59,219 bases of DNA from Holosporales bacterium (GTDB lineage Bacteria > Pseudomonadota > Alphaproteobacteria > RUG11792): positions 1 to 59,219 of the forward strand of contig JAITDA010000015.1 of assembly GCA_031282805.1 (NCBI GenBank). The letters run 5' to 3'. Positions 18,115-28,282 of this stretch are shown piece after piece; within the stretch, counting starts at the first letter, position 1, and every line of letters starts with the position of its first letter. The position numbers and the translations under genes are program-made. Under the pieces are notes generated by a model, which ran no database searches, had not been told where the DNA came from, and saw only the letters and a program-made list of their open reading frames with translations.

Positions 18115-19353
18115 TTACAATGTTTTGTATTTCTTACTACGTAATTTTGAGTATAAAAATATCCCAGGTATATTTGAAACTACACATAAGAAATATATCA
18201 TGTACCAAGAATAGTGTTCCACAATCCATCCAGCGACGCTATACGAAGAAATGCGAACTATCGATCCAATGGATAACAAGATCGTATACGTATTTATATC
18301 TTTTTTTGACTCCTCTGCTGTAAATGTCCGAAATATCACATTTGAAAAGCCAAAGGTAAAGGTAGCGATGTTAACCAACACCGTTATCGTAACCAAATTT
18401 GTTTTAAAGGATGCTAAATATAAAAATGCAATAGATGTAAGTATTTGCATGATGAATGTCAATTTGATGCACTTTGGAGTTCCAAATTTGCATGCTGTGA
18501 TTCCAGCAACAATTCCACTGATAATGGTCGTAAAAAGTCCCGCTACATGGGCTATATTTGCAAATTCCAATTTACTTATGCCAAGGTAAAGCATAAATGC
18601 GGGTTTTAAGACATTTATGCAACTATCCGTAAATTTAAATGAGAAGATTACAATGAGGAGAATGAACACTGCATATCTTTTAAGAATTTTTAAACAAAAC
18701 GCGAAATACTCCTTAAAATTTGTTGACTCATTTTTTGTTGCGTAGTGTTGCTTTACGTGCATTTTCGCGAAAATCACAGAAAATGTTGATAGAAATACGC
18801 AGGTACTTGAAATCAAAAAAGCAAGCTTCCAGTTTAAGGCATTTGCTAGATATATGAGACACGCTCCAGCAAGGAACATTCCAACTCTAAACCCCGCGTT
18901 TTCAACTGCAGAAACCAATCCCATGTTGGTAGAATCAAATAAAACTAATTTAATATGTCCCCTCACAATGTCGTGAACAGATACAGAAAAAATCGTGAGT
19001 AGTATCACAAAACTTGACATTGCAAGTGTTTGTGAATGTTCAAAAAAACCGAGCGATGCGAAACCGAAAAATGTTGTTAATTGAGATAAAAGCGCAACTG
19101 TTTTTATCACATTGAATTTGCTTTTTTCGAATTTTATTAAAAAATTCTTTATGAATGGGGAAATTGCAAACTTCCAACTATACGGAATTGTTGCCATCAA
19201 GAGGTGTGTTATTGTTTTGATACCAACACCTTTTTCTGAAAGCATAAACGAAAAACTTGAACATATTCCGACAAAGACCAGTCCACTCAGCAGAGCACTG
19301 TTAAACACAAAAAGTGCAACGGCAAATTTATCGTGAAACAATTTTTTCAACAT
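18115..19353 (-). CDS. ampG: AmpG-family muropeptide permease (MFS)
   Basis: 412 aa, ~12 TM. The N-terminal region SALLSGL...LSEKGVGIKTI...IPYSWKFAISPFI parallels AmpG signatures (SGLP...GV...PY.(W/L)KFLW.P). Confidence 0.65.
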   Translation of the reverse strand: MLKKLFHDKFAVALFVFNSALLSGLVFVGICSSFSFMLSEKGVGIKTITHLLMATIPYSWKFAISPFIKNFLIKFEKSKFNVIKTVALLSQLTTFFGFASLGFFEHSQTLAMSSFVILLTIFSVSVHDIVRGHIKLVLFDSTNMGLVSAVENAGFRVGMFLAGACLIYLANALNWKLAFLISSTCVFLSTFSVIFAKMHVKQHYATKNESTNFKEYFAFCLKILKRYAVFILLIVIFSFKFTDSCINVLKPAFMLYLGISKLEFANIAHVAGLFTTIISGIVAGITACKFGTPKCIKLTFIMQILTSIAFLYLASFKTNLVTITVLVNIATFTFGFSNVIFRTFTAEESKKDINTYTILLSIGSIVRISSYSVAGWIVEHYSWYMIYFLCVVSNIPGIFLYSKLRSKKYKTL

Positions 19354-19356
19354 GCA

Positions 19357-20649
19357 TTAAATTCCGCGTTTAATCCACATGATAACGCGCTGCCATGTGG
19401 TTTTTCCACTTGTTGATAATTTTTTGTTAGCAAAATCACCGAGGCAATATATTACGGATCCAGCTGCACTGGCAAAGGATGGAGTTTTTACGAAATCATG
19501 TGAGCCCGTCGTTCCTATTGGCTTTCCAAGACGTACAGATGCATTGTTGAAATATTTTTTTGATTTAATGAATTCATTTAATCCTGAGAGCCTGCTTCCA
19601 CCGCCAGTTATTATGATCCTCTGACGCAAAAATTCGTCTGCCCCGCATTCGGATAAGTGCTTCTGGATTAACTCGAGGAGCTCCTCCAATCTATCTGAAG
19701 TTATGGAATCTAAGGTGTTCTTCGATACATTTTGAATGTGCTCTTCCCCGTATTCGTCAATTCTTGAAACCAAGATTGATTCATCCTCTATAGTACTGTT
19801 GGCAGCTATTCCATAAAGTATCTTGAGTCGTTCGGCATTTGTTTTTGTCGTTCTGAGTACCATTGCTATATCGTTTGTGATATTTTGACTTCCTACAGGA
19901 ATATATCCTAAATATAATAACGCCCCTTCATGTACGCACGCTATTGAGGTGATTGTTCCACCGATATCAATAAGTGTAACGCCAGGAGAAATTTCTTCGT
20001 CAAGAGTAACAGCAAGAATTGAGGCATAAGTTGAGGATATGAATCCTGAGATCTCAATATTGTTATTAGTTAGACAATTTTTTATATTCTTTAGTAATGA
20101 AGAGTGACAGGTCATCACGTGAAATATAGCAGACAACTTTTCACCAACCATTCCGATTGGATCTTGAATTCCGTACGATTCATCTATCGAGTATGCTATT
20201 GGAAAAATATGTACGATTTCACGAGAGCGATCGAGATACTTCGATGCATCGAAATTCATCAACGAATTTAAATGAACATCATCAACTGGAAGCTGTCCGA
20301 TATTAATCGCTGTCTCTATGGCAGTGGATTCAAATGCCCATGTAGGGAGTGCAACCAAGACAGATTTTATCGATTTCTGAGCCTCTTTTTCAGCAGATGA
20401 AATAGCTCCAAGGATCGATTCCTCGAGAGCATCCAGACTTGTTATCGAGTTTTTGTTTATTCCCTTTGCTAGCTGATAGCCAACTCCGAGCACCCTTATC
20501 GCATGCTCTAAACCTAACAAATTTTCTGAACTACCTTTCTCTCCTCCCTTTGCGATGGCCGCACAAATAGTGTTAGTTCCGAGATCTAAGACAGCTACAT
20601 CTTTTTTTGCATTAACTATACTTCTAAACAAAGCCAGATTCCTCAACAA
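19357..20649 (-). CDS. ftsA: Cell division protein FtsA
   Basis: 430 aa. Actin/HSP70-fold phosphate motifs VLDLGTNTICAAIA, LIDIGGTITSIAC, IIITGGGSRLSGL. C-terminal amphipathic tail. Confidence 0.88.
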   Translation of the reverse strand: MLRNLALFRSIVNAKKDVAVLDLGTNTICAAIAKGGEKGSSENLLGLEHAIRVLGVGYQLAKGINKNSITSLDALEESILGAISSAEKEAQKSIKSVLVALPTWAFESTAIETAINIGQLPVDDVHLNSLMNFDASKYLDRSREIVHIFPIAYSIDESYGIQDPIGMVGEKLSAIFHVMTCHSSLLKNIKNCLTNNNIEISGFISSTYASILAVTLDEEISPGVTLIDIGGTITSIACVHEGALLYLGYIPVGSQNITNDIAMVLRTTKTNAERLKILYGIAANSTIEDESILVSRIDEYGEEHIQNVSKNTLDSITSDRLEELLELIQKHLSECGADEFLRQRIIITGGGSRLSGLNEFIKSKKYFNNASVRLGKPIGTTGSHDFVKTPSFASAAGSVIYCLGDFANKKLSTSGKTTWQRVIMWIKRGI

Positions 20650-20723
20650 AGAGGCATACGCGAACTGCCAGATGATGATACAATATGATTTATTGCTAAT
20701 CCACTACATTTTTTTAAAATTTC

Positions 20724-21653
20724 TTGCTACTATACTTTGAAAAACAAGTAACTACCGCCGACAATAGGTCTGTGTTTTCAAAATTAATTAATAATGTTTT
20801 GGAAAAAACATCGACATTTACTGAAGACATAGCTGTATTAAATCAATATCTATTTACTTTCATTGAAGGAAATAATTCACTACAAAAACTCATTCCTTTT
20901 GTTAAAAATCACGGAAAGTATGTTCGATCAGTATTATATTTTGACTTTTGGGAGAACTCTGATTTCGTGGAAGAGGAGGTAAAATACAAAACAGTAGCGT
21001 TGATAGAACTGTTACATTTTGCTTCAATGATGCACGATGATGTAGTTGATGATAATTGCAAAAGAAGGTCTGATGACTCATTCAAGAAAAAGTATGGAAA
21101 TAAAGAAAGTATACTGCTTGGAGATTTTGTGCTTGCAAAAACCGTAAATGAATTTTTGGCGCTATATGAAAACGAATCGCTGATAAAAAATTTATTTTTG
21201 AGGGAATGCTCGGCTACTGCCTATGGAGCAGTTCTCGAACAACAATTAACATACTTGTCTACTTTTACGGACTACCTTCGGGTAGTGACATTGAAAACAT
21301 CTCCACTTTTCAAGTTGTGTTGTTTTCTTGGCTCATATTTACCAACAAAAAATTTCGCTTTTGCCAAAAAAGCAGCGATTTTTGGCACATGTTTTGGAAT
21401 TATATTTCAGGCACAAAATGATATAGACTGCTATAAATTCGAAAATTTTGAAGACTCTGAAGATTATGTACAAAAAAATATAACATTGCCGACAGTAATT
21501 TTGCGTGATCACTTCAATTGTGACATTTCAAGATTTGAACAACGTAATCAAGCATACTACGAAGAAATAAGAAAAATGATATTTTCGAATAAATTTGTAT
21601 TAATGGTCACGGAACATTTAGATAAGTTCATCAATTATGTTAATAATTTTTAA
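20724..21653 (+). CDS. trans-Polyprenyl diphosphate synthase homologue (IspB-like) with a degenerate second Asp-rich motif
   Basis: First Asp-rich motif LLHFASMMHDDVVDD and GN...ILLGDF are present. The expected GxxFQxxDDxxDY reads GIIFQAQNDIDCY. The ORF opens with TTG (20724) and there is no ATG before the catalytic region. Confidence 0.75.
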   Translation: MLLYFEKQVTTADNRSVFSKLINNVLEKTSTFTEDIAVLNQYLFTFIEGNNSLQKLIPFVKNHGKYVRSVLYFDFWENSDFVEEEVKYKTVALIELLHFASMMHDDVVDDNCKRRSDDSFKKKYGNKESILLGDFVLAKTVNEFLALYENESLIKNLFLRECSATAYGAVLEQQLTYLSTFTDYLRVVTLKTSPLFKLCCFLGSYLPTKNFAFAKKAAIFGTCFGIIFQAQNDIDCYKFENFEDSEDYVQKNITLPTVILRDHFNCDISRFEQRNQAYYEEIRKMIFSNKFVLMVTEHLDKFINYVNNF

Positions 21654-21724
21654 TACCAAAGTACTTGACAAGTCAAACCGGAAATCGTAACATTTAAATA
21701 CTGAAGCATTGGGGATTTTTAGAA

Positions 21725-22438
21725 ATGAGAGTAATTAACAGTTTGGTTTTGGGTGCGTGCATCTTGGGAGGTTTCTACCTCCACAATAGGTTCGTAACAG
21801 CCGATAAACTGATATCTACTATATCAGTAAATGGTAAAGCAGAAGAGGCAATAAAAGCGGATATGTTCGACTGGAAATTTATATATTCTTCTGTTGGTGA
21901 TACGCCTCAAGCCGCCAAAGAAGCAGTGAAAATTGCAAAAAAAGAAATCTGTGCAATTCTTGAAGAGTCAGGATTGATTCGCGATGAGGATTATGCCATT
22001 AAACCACGTGAACTTAATCACAAAAAAACTGATGATGGCAAGGACGTCTTCACGATGTCACAAACATATGAAGTCAAAACTCAGAAAATGGAAGCCGCTG
22101 AAGCTGCGTATAAAGCTTCGGAAACGCTCTCTGATAAGGGGATCACAATATCATCCGGAAACGACAGCAGATATACACCAGGTGTATACAATATAAAGGA
22201 CAAAAGGGATCTTGAGAAGAAACTTTTAGATCGAGCAATGAGAGACGCACGTGAGAAGGCCGAACAAGTAGCGAGTCTAGCAGGAGGGACAATTATTGGT
22301 ATGCCAGAATTGGGCTACAGCTATGTGAGGACGAGAGACGCGAACGCAGCGGAAGATGCATATCAATGGGGGGGTGGCTCCACTATAGATCAGATTGCAA
22401 CTTTGGAGGTAAGCACAACTTTCAAGATGAGGCCATAA
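21725..22438 (+). CDS. SIMPL/DUF541 (BP26/Omp28-like) periplasmic protein
   Basis: 237 aa. N-terminal hydrophobic segment, then ISVNGKAEEAIKADMFDWKF, typical of the family's first strand pair. C-terminal EVSTTFKM. Confidence 0.6.
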   Translation: MRVINSLVLGACILGGFYLHNRFVTADKLISTISVNGKAEEAIKADMFDWKFIYSSVGDTPQAAKEAVKIAKKEICAILEESGLIRDEDYAIKPRELNHKKTDDGKDVFTMSQTYEVKTQKMEAAEAAYKASETLSDKGITISSGNDSRYTPGVYNIKDKRDLEKKLLDRAMRDAREKAEQVASLAGGTIIGMPELGYSYVRTRDANAAEDAYQWGGGSTIDQIATLEVSTTFKMRP

Positions 22439-22985
22439 CCGAAACAAGACTTGAAAGAGCCAACATAGAAATATGCTTAGGATAACATTCGTTTACCGCT
22501 TGTGTTACTGCGCTTCAAGGTGTATGTTGTGTTCATATAAGAGTACAAATGGAATCAATTAGGCAAAGCCACGACAATTCTTCATATTTTTGTATGTGCA
22601 AAAGAAACAACATTTCGGACAAAAAACGTACACAATGCCATCTGTTATGGCTACATCAAATCGTGTCAAAACCATTTTTTGTTTCTCAAGATAATATTGA
22701 AGTGCGTCCAAGCGGCATAACGATTGAGAATGACTAACTTTTTTTATGCACAGGGTTATCTTTCTTTGAAATGCAAAAACGAATCTTTTACTAGTTTTCT
22801 TGTTTCACATCGTATATTTTCATGATGTTTTATCCGAGGATAAACAACCAGTCTATATCGTCTTTTCAACATTTTCTGCAGTCTTTTTGTCATCGTAAAT
22901 CTTATTATTTCCGATTGCGTCGTCAGTAAACTTTACAGACCTTAAACAATCGTGATGGCAGTTGTAAATTTGAGGCACGGCGTAT

Positions 22986-25364
22986 TTACGCAGTGCCCTC
23001 TATTACACTGACAGCCTGCTTTAAGGATAGTTTTATGAAATTGATATTTTTTTCAAGTTTATAAGACTCCTTTCCGCACCTAATATAAGGACCAAATTTT
23101 CCGAGAACCAAGTGAATCTCTTTTCCATTAGTAGGATGGGCCCCTAGCACTATTGGTAGCGTATTCAAAGCCAAAATCTCATCAATTGTCAGTTCCGAAG
23201 GTTCGGTAACAAATTTTGGAATAGGCATCCTTTTTGGTTTTTTCTTGTTGCGTTCATCCTTGGTATTTTGCCATTCGCAATAATAGCCAAATGGACCTTT
23301 TTTGAGAAAAATAACGTCTCCGTTCCTGTCTTTTCCAACTTCTGTTTTTAGTTGAGATGCGCCTTCATCCTGCGTTTCGCTACCTGCTCCAAGTTTTTTA
23401 GTGAATTTACATTCAGGGTAGTTAGAACAGCCTAAAAATGCTCCATATTTTCCCAATTTCAAATTAATACGTCCAGTTTTGCATAGTGGACATTCTCTCT
23501 TACCCTCAAAATTTTTAAAGATATAGTCGCTGATATCCTGTTCAACGACGTCTATCACCTTCGTTATTGTTAATTCTTTTGCTTTATCGATACAACTGCA
23601 AAACTTTTGCCAAAATTTATCTAAGACCTCTTCCCAAATAAGTTTTCCATTGGAAATATCATCGAGCTCCTCTTCGAGTCCTGCTGTAAAGTCATATTCA
23701 ATGTACTTAGAGAAAAAATTTCTCAAAAACGAAATTACAAGGAACCCTATACTTTCCGGCATAAAAACTTTTCTTTGCAGGGATACGTACCTCCGTTCTT
23801 GCAACACGTTTATAATGGTTGCATAAGTCGACGGACGGCCTATTCCCAACTCTTCAAGTTTTTTGACGAGACTTGCTTCGTTGAATCTCGGAGGTGGTTG
23901 TGTAAAATGTTGATTTGTTGTCACATCTGCTAGGCTCAATTTCTCCCCCTCAGATAAAATAGGAAGTTTTTTGTTTTTCTTATCTTCTGAATCGTCATCC
24001 GTTGCCTCAGCGTAAACTTTTAAAAAACCGTCAAACGCAACCGTTGATCCGGACGCCCTAAATAAAGCCTCACTGTCTTCCGATGAAATATCTGCAGACA
24101 CTTGCTCAATCACTGCATTTTCAATCTGAGATGCCATTGCTCGCTTCCAGATTAATTCATATAGCGAAAACTCGTCTGCCTGCAAGTAATTTTTGATGGA
24201 ATTCGGAGTTCTCATAAACGATGTTGGACGAATGGCCTCGTGAGCTTCCTGTGCATTTTTTGTTTTCGTTTTATAGGTTTTAGGAGATTTTGGCAGGTAT
24301 TTTTCAGAGAAATTTTGTTTAATGAATGCTCTTGCCTCTTCGATTGCCTCATTTGAAAGTGTCGTACTGTCAGTTCTCATGTATGTAATAAGTCCACTCA
24401 TGGTCCCATTAATTGGTACCCCTTCATATAATTTTTGAGCAATTTGCATTGTCTTTTTTGCGCTAAATCCCAACTTCCTGACAGATTCTTGTTGCATGGT
24501 TGATGTTGTAAATGGAGCATATGGACTACGTTTTGCCGATCTTTTTTCAACCTTTTCAACAAAGTACTTCTTGGCTTCAACATTGGATTTGATTTTGTTT
24601 GCTGTTGATTCATTTTTAATATCAAGTTTCCCGAGCTGTTCTCCACAAATGTGAGTGAGATTTGCCGTAAAAAACTCATCGTGAGTTCTAAAATTTGCGT
24701 AAATGGACCAATATTCTTCTGAGTTAAACTTTTGAATCTCTAACTCTCGTTCAACTATCAACCTAAGGGCCACCGATTGTACTCTTCCAGCAGATCGTGC
24801 GCCTGGCATTTTTCGCCATAAAATTGGTGAAAGCGAAAAACCAACGAGATAATCCAAAACCCTTCTTGCAAGATACGCTTCAACCAAACTTTGATTAAGT
24901 TGCTTCGGATTTTCAAAGGAGCGTTTCACAGCGGATTCTGTGATCTCATGAAATACAACGCGACTGATGTTTTTATTGGAAAGAACCTTTTTCTGTTTTA
25001 GAGATTCCAAAATATGCCATGAAATGGCCTCCCCCTCTCTGTCTGGATCGGTAGCAAGAAACAAATCACCTGCCAACTTCAGTGAATCGGAAATTTCTTT
25101 AACTTGGCGTTTCCCCTTTTCATTGAATTCCCATCGCATTTCATAATGATTATTTGGATCAACAGACCCATCCTTCGATACCAAGTCCCTTACATGTCCG
25201 TAACTTGCGACCACTTTGTAGTCGCGCCCCAAAAAACCCTCAAGAGTTTTTGCTTTCGCTGGAGATTCAACTACAACTATTCCTTTCAACACTTTAATGT
25301 ATTTTCTATATTGAAAAATCAATTCAATGACAAGCTTAATCAATTTTAAAAATTTTTCCACCAA
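22986..25364 (-). CDS. topA: DNA topoisomerase I
   Basis: Toprim start VVVESPAKAKTLEGFLG and DPDREGEAISWH. Active-site region LITYMRTDS. C4 zinc ribbon CPLCKTG...CSNYPEC. The ATG at 25364 adds ~25 atypical residues, so GTG 25292 or TTG 25289 just before IVVVESPAKA is the more likely start. Confidence 0.93.
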   Translation of the reverse strand: MVEKFLKLIKLVIELIFQYRKYIKVLKGIVVVESPAKAKTLEGFLGRDYKVVASYGHVRDLVSKDGSVDPNNHYEMRWEFNEKGKRQVKEISDSLKLAGDLFLATDPDREGEAISWHILESLKQKKVLSNKNISRVVFHEITESAVKRSFENPKQLNQSLVEAYLARRVLDYLVGFSLSPILWRKMPGARSAGRVQSVALRLIVERELEIQKFNSEEYWSIYANFRTHDEFFTANLTHICGEQLGKLDIKNESTANKIKSNVEAKKYFVEKVEKRSAKRSPYAPFTTSTMQQESVRKLGFSAKKTMQIAQKLYEGVPINGTMSGLITYMRTDSTTLSNEAIEEARAFIKQNFSEKYLPKSPKTYKTKTKNAQEAHEAIRPTSFMRTPNSIKNYLQADEFSLYELIWKRAMASQIENAVIEQVSADISSEDSEALFRASGSTVAFDGFLKVYAEATDDDSEDKKNKKLPILSEGEKLSLADVTTNQHFTQPPPRFNEASLVKKLEELGIGRPSTYATIINVLQERRYVSLQRKVFMPESIGFLVISFLRNFFSKYIEYDFTAGLEEELDDISNGKLIWEEVLDKFWQKFCSCIDKAKELTITKVIDVVEQDISDYIFKNFEGKRECPLCKTGRINLKLGKYGAFLGCSNYPECKFTKKLGAGSETQDEGASQLKTEVGKDRNGDVIFLKKGPFGYYCEWQNTKDERNKKKPKRMPIPKFVTEPSELTIDEILALNTLPIVLGAHPTNGKEIHLVLGKFGPYIRCGKESYKLEKNINFIKLSLKQAVSVIEGTA

Positions 25365-25475
25365 ATTATGTGACTCTCCAGAAATACAGCACCATTTTTG
25401 AACACAGCCGAACGAACACGGTTTATTTCTCGCAAATTCAATCGTAAATTTGCTACCATTTCAACTAAGCGAAAT

Positions 25476-26534
25476 ATGAATGGATACGTCATGAAATTCG
25501 TGAAAAAGATCGTTGGATTTGCAACTGGCGCTTTTTATGTATTTGGTGCATTAAATGCCTCAACTGTCATTCACGAATTAGCACAACAAATTGCCCCTGC
25601 CTTTGAGAAAAGAAATTTTCCGATAGTCTTTGCTAGTGATGAAAACTATGCAATGTACCTTGGTGTTACGATACAATCCCTCATAGATAACTCTAGTGAC
25701 CAAAACAACTATGATATATTGGTATTGGATAGTGGAATCTCAGATGGAAATAAAGAGGGAATAGTTGGACTTATAAAGGGTAGAAAGAACTTTTCCATAA
25801 GGTTCTTTGATATGAGTAAGATTGTTGAAGAACATAAGGATAAACTTCACCCCCAGGGATACTGGTCGGTTGCGGCATACTACAGGCTATTCATCCCACA
25901 GATATTCAATGTATATTCAAAAATGCTCTACTTGGACTGTGATCTAATAATCAATGAAGATGTTGCAAAGTTGTTCGAAGAAAATTTAGCTGGCAATCTA
26001 GTTGGCGCTTCAAAGTGTTATCACATTTGTCCAGGAAAAGATCGCCCATGTCGCTGGAGAGACTACTGTGAAGGTATCCTGATGCTTGATGATCATGATA
26101 ACTATTTTAACTCTGGAGTACTACTTCTTAACATCAAAAAAATGTTGGAAAGCAATTTTACGGAAAAATGTTTATCGGTGAAAATTGATCACAAAAAGCT
26201 ACAGTTTCCAGATGAGGGGCTTCTAAATATAGTTTGTGAAGGTAAAGTACTTTTTATAGATGAAAGATGGAATGTTCCGTGGCATTGGAATCTACCACAA
26301 AGCAAATTTAAAGCCGCAAATGAACCATGGTTCTGGACATATCAAGAAAGAAGCATACACCCGTACATTATCCATTACACGACTGAGCAAAAACCGTGGA
26401 ATTCTAGGGCATGTGAACCGGGCATGAATATATGGTGGTATCACGCCAGAAAAACACCGTTCTATAAAAAGCTTGTTGAACAAAGCAAAAATCGTCATAA
26501 ACAACCCAGCAACGTAGAGGGACGCCCGCATTAA
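25476..26534 (+). CDS. Glycosyltransferase family 8 (RfaI/RfaJ-like retaining hexosyltransferase), signal-anchored
   Basis: Motifs FASDENYAMYLGVTIQS, YYRLFIP, DxD motif YLDCDLI, YFNSGVLLLN. The track ORF opens with TTG 25398. I prefer ATG 25476 or 25491 (MKFVKKIVGFATGAFYVFGALNAS). Confidence 0.85.
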   Translation: MNGYVMKFVKKIVGFATGAFYVFGALNASTVIHELAQQIAPAFEKRNFPIVFASDENYAMYLGVTIQSLIDNSSDQNNYDILVLDSGISDGNKEGIVGLIKGRKNFSIRFFDMSKIVEEHKDKLHPQGYWSVAAYYRLFIPQIFNVYSKMLYLDCDLIINEDVAKLFEENLAGNLVGASKCYHICPGKDRPCRWRDYCEGILMLDDHDNYFNSGVLLLNIKKMLESNFTEKCLSVKIDHKKLQFPDEGLLNIVCEGKVLFIDERWNVPWHWNLPQSKFKAANEPWFWTYQERSIHPYIIHYTTEQKPWNSRACEPGMNIWWYHARKTPFYKKLVEQSKNRHKQPSNVEGRPH

Positions 26535-27281
26535 TTGTAGTAAGGCGAAACAGAAGCCTGAGCACACACATTACGGAACTGCCATAAACAGACGAGAATA
26601 CCTCCTTGTTAACGAGCGTTAGTATTCATAATCATGGCATCTGAAGAAATGTGGAGGAATATAATGCAAATTTTCAAATCACAAGTGGCTAAGATAATTC
26701 AAGATAAAGATACGATTCCAGAAATTATTAAAACAATTTTTTCTTAAAAAACAATAGACAAGGCAAATTGCAGTAATAAAAATGATATTAAAAATAACTA
26801 CATCTTTGAAAAAAGCGTCCTAAGACATGATGAATAAAATTTTGGATCACAGTAGAAAGCAACTAAACGCCATCTTCAATTCACCAAATATGGTTGAAAA
26901 TGGTGATTAGTTGTTGTCTACGACAGGTTACTCTTTTTTTTTTTAAATTTCATATTACCGCCACAGTTCATCCATCCTCAACAATGATGCTGAATATACT
27001 TTCTAAAGGCTGAATCATTCCTAGACATTTTGCACCGTGTGTTACGAATTGGTAGCTGATCTTCACGTAACAAGTTTTCATCTATAATTTTCAACCAAAT
27101 TACTAATAGCTACCACATGATTTGGAAAAATTTCACCGAAAGTAAATTGGGAACATAATTACATCGCGAATGATTGTTTCTTTGTCATGTTGGCGATACC
27201 TCATAATGAATATTACGTACTTATACCACCGTGATACTAGAAATTAACGTACCTTTATGCTAGCATGGTTGCCGTCTTAAC

Positions 27282-27288
27282 AGGAGGA
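27282..27288 (+). promoter_or_regulatory. Shine-Dalgarno for the LD-carboxypeptidase gene
   Basis: AGGAGGA lies 7 nt upstream of the TTG start at 27296. Confidence 0.6.
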
Positions 27289-27295
27289 GATTCAA

Positions 27296-28234
27296 TTGAA
27301 TTTCAAAATTTTACTGTGTTTGTTTGTTTTAACGTTCAACGCCTTTGCTCACTCATTGTGCAATCTTGACATAGAAATAATTGCTCCATCGAGTGGTGTC
27401 TGTGCGGCTGTTTATAAAAAAATTCTCAATATAACTGGACAAAACGTTGAACAAAGCGGAATATCCACAAAGTCTTCAAATGATCAGGTTTTCGTAAATC
27501 AGAGAGAAAAGTTTAAAATTTTACGCAACTCATTAGCGTCTCCTCATCGAATCATCTGGGCACTTAGGGGTGGTTACGGGCTTAGCAGAATAATGCCTGA
27601 TATCGTGAACACCGATTATTCAACTGTTGTGCCGAAAACGATAATCGGATACAGCGATATAACCCCTCTCTTGATCTTTCTTTCACAGAAATACAACTGG
27701 ACTGCGATCAGTGGCGTAATGTTGAAAGATGTGGCACAGAACGATAAGTCGCGCGATTCATACGATGTGTTGTTTAATTTTTTACGTGGAAAAATAAAAG
27801 AACTAAAAATGACGGGATTAACACCGATGAATAATACAGCACGTACAAAAGCAAATATTGTTGGAAGAGTTACAGGTGGAAATTTGACTTGCATCGTAAC
27901 GACGATTGGTACTTCATGGCAAATTGAAACTAACAACAAAATCGTACTTCTCGAAGATGTTGGATTGAAGGGATATCACCTCGATCGTACTTTAACCCAC
28001 ATGGAAAATGCAGGGCTTTTTAGGGGAGTTGTATGTATCATATTTGGAGACTTTAGCTGCGATGTTTCTAACGTTTTAAAGAATTTTGCCGACAGGATCA
28101 ATGTTCCCGTGTATAAAACAGATAAATTCGGACATGGAAAAATAAATCTCCCATTTGTGTACAATTCTCTCGGAACGGTGACAAAATCAGGAGAGAAATT
28201 TGAAATAGTGATGAAGACAGCGGGCATTGGTTAA
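27296..28234 (+). CDS. ldcA: LD-carboxypeptidase (peptidase S66, LdcA/MccF family)
   Basis: 312 aa. Motifs WALRGGYGLSRI, nucleophile context IIGYSDITPL, VLLEDVG..GYHLDR, FGHG. Signal-like N-terminus. TTG start with a strong SD. Confidence 0.85.
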   Translation: MNFKILLCLFVLTFNAFAHSLCNLDIEIIAPSSGVCAAVYKKILNITGQNVEQSGISTKSSNDQVFVNQREKFKILRNSLASPHRIIWALRGGYGLSRIMPDIVNTDYSTVVPKTIIGYSDITPLLIFLSQKYNWTAISGVMLKDVAQNDKSRDSYDVLFNFLRGKIKELKMTGLTPMNNTARTKANIVGRVTGGNLTCIVTTIGTSWQIETNNKIVLLEDVGLKGYHLDRTLTHMENAGLFRGVVCIIFGDFSCDVSNVLKNFADRINVPVYKTDKFGHGKINLPFVYNSLGTVTKSGEKFEIVMKTAGIG

Positions 28235-28282
28235 CGAAGGGTTGTAACAAGTTTAGCATTGCAGTACTTCGCCAAGTGCCGG

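Noticed and set aside
26634-26747. 37-codon ORF (MASEEMWRNIMQIFKSQVAKIIQDKDTIPEIIKTIFS) in the spacer after the GT8 gene.
   Set aside because: There is no convincing RBS and no recognisable family, and it is the size expected by chance in AT-rich DNA. It could be another gene fragment.
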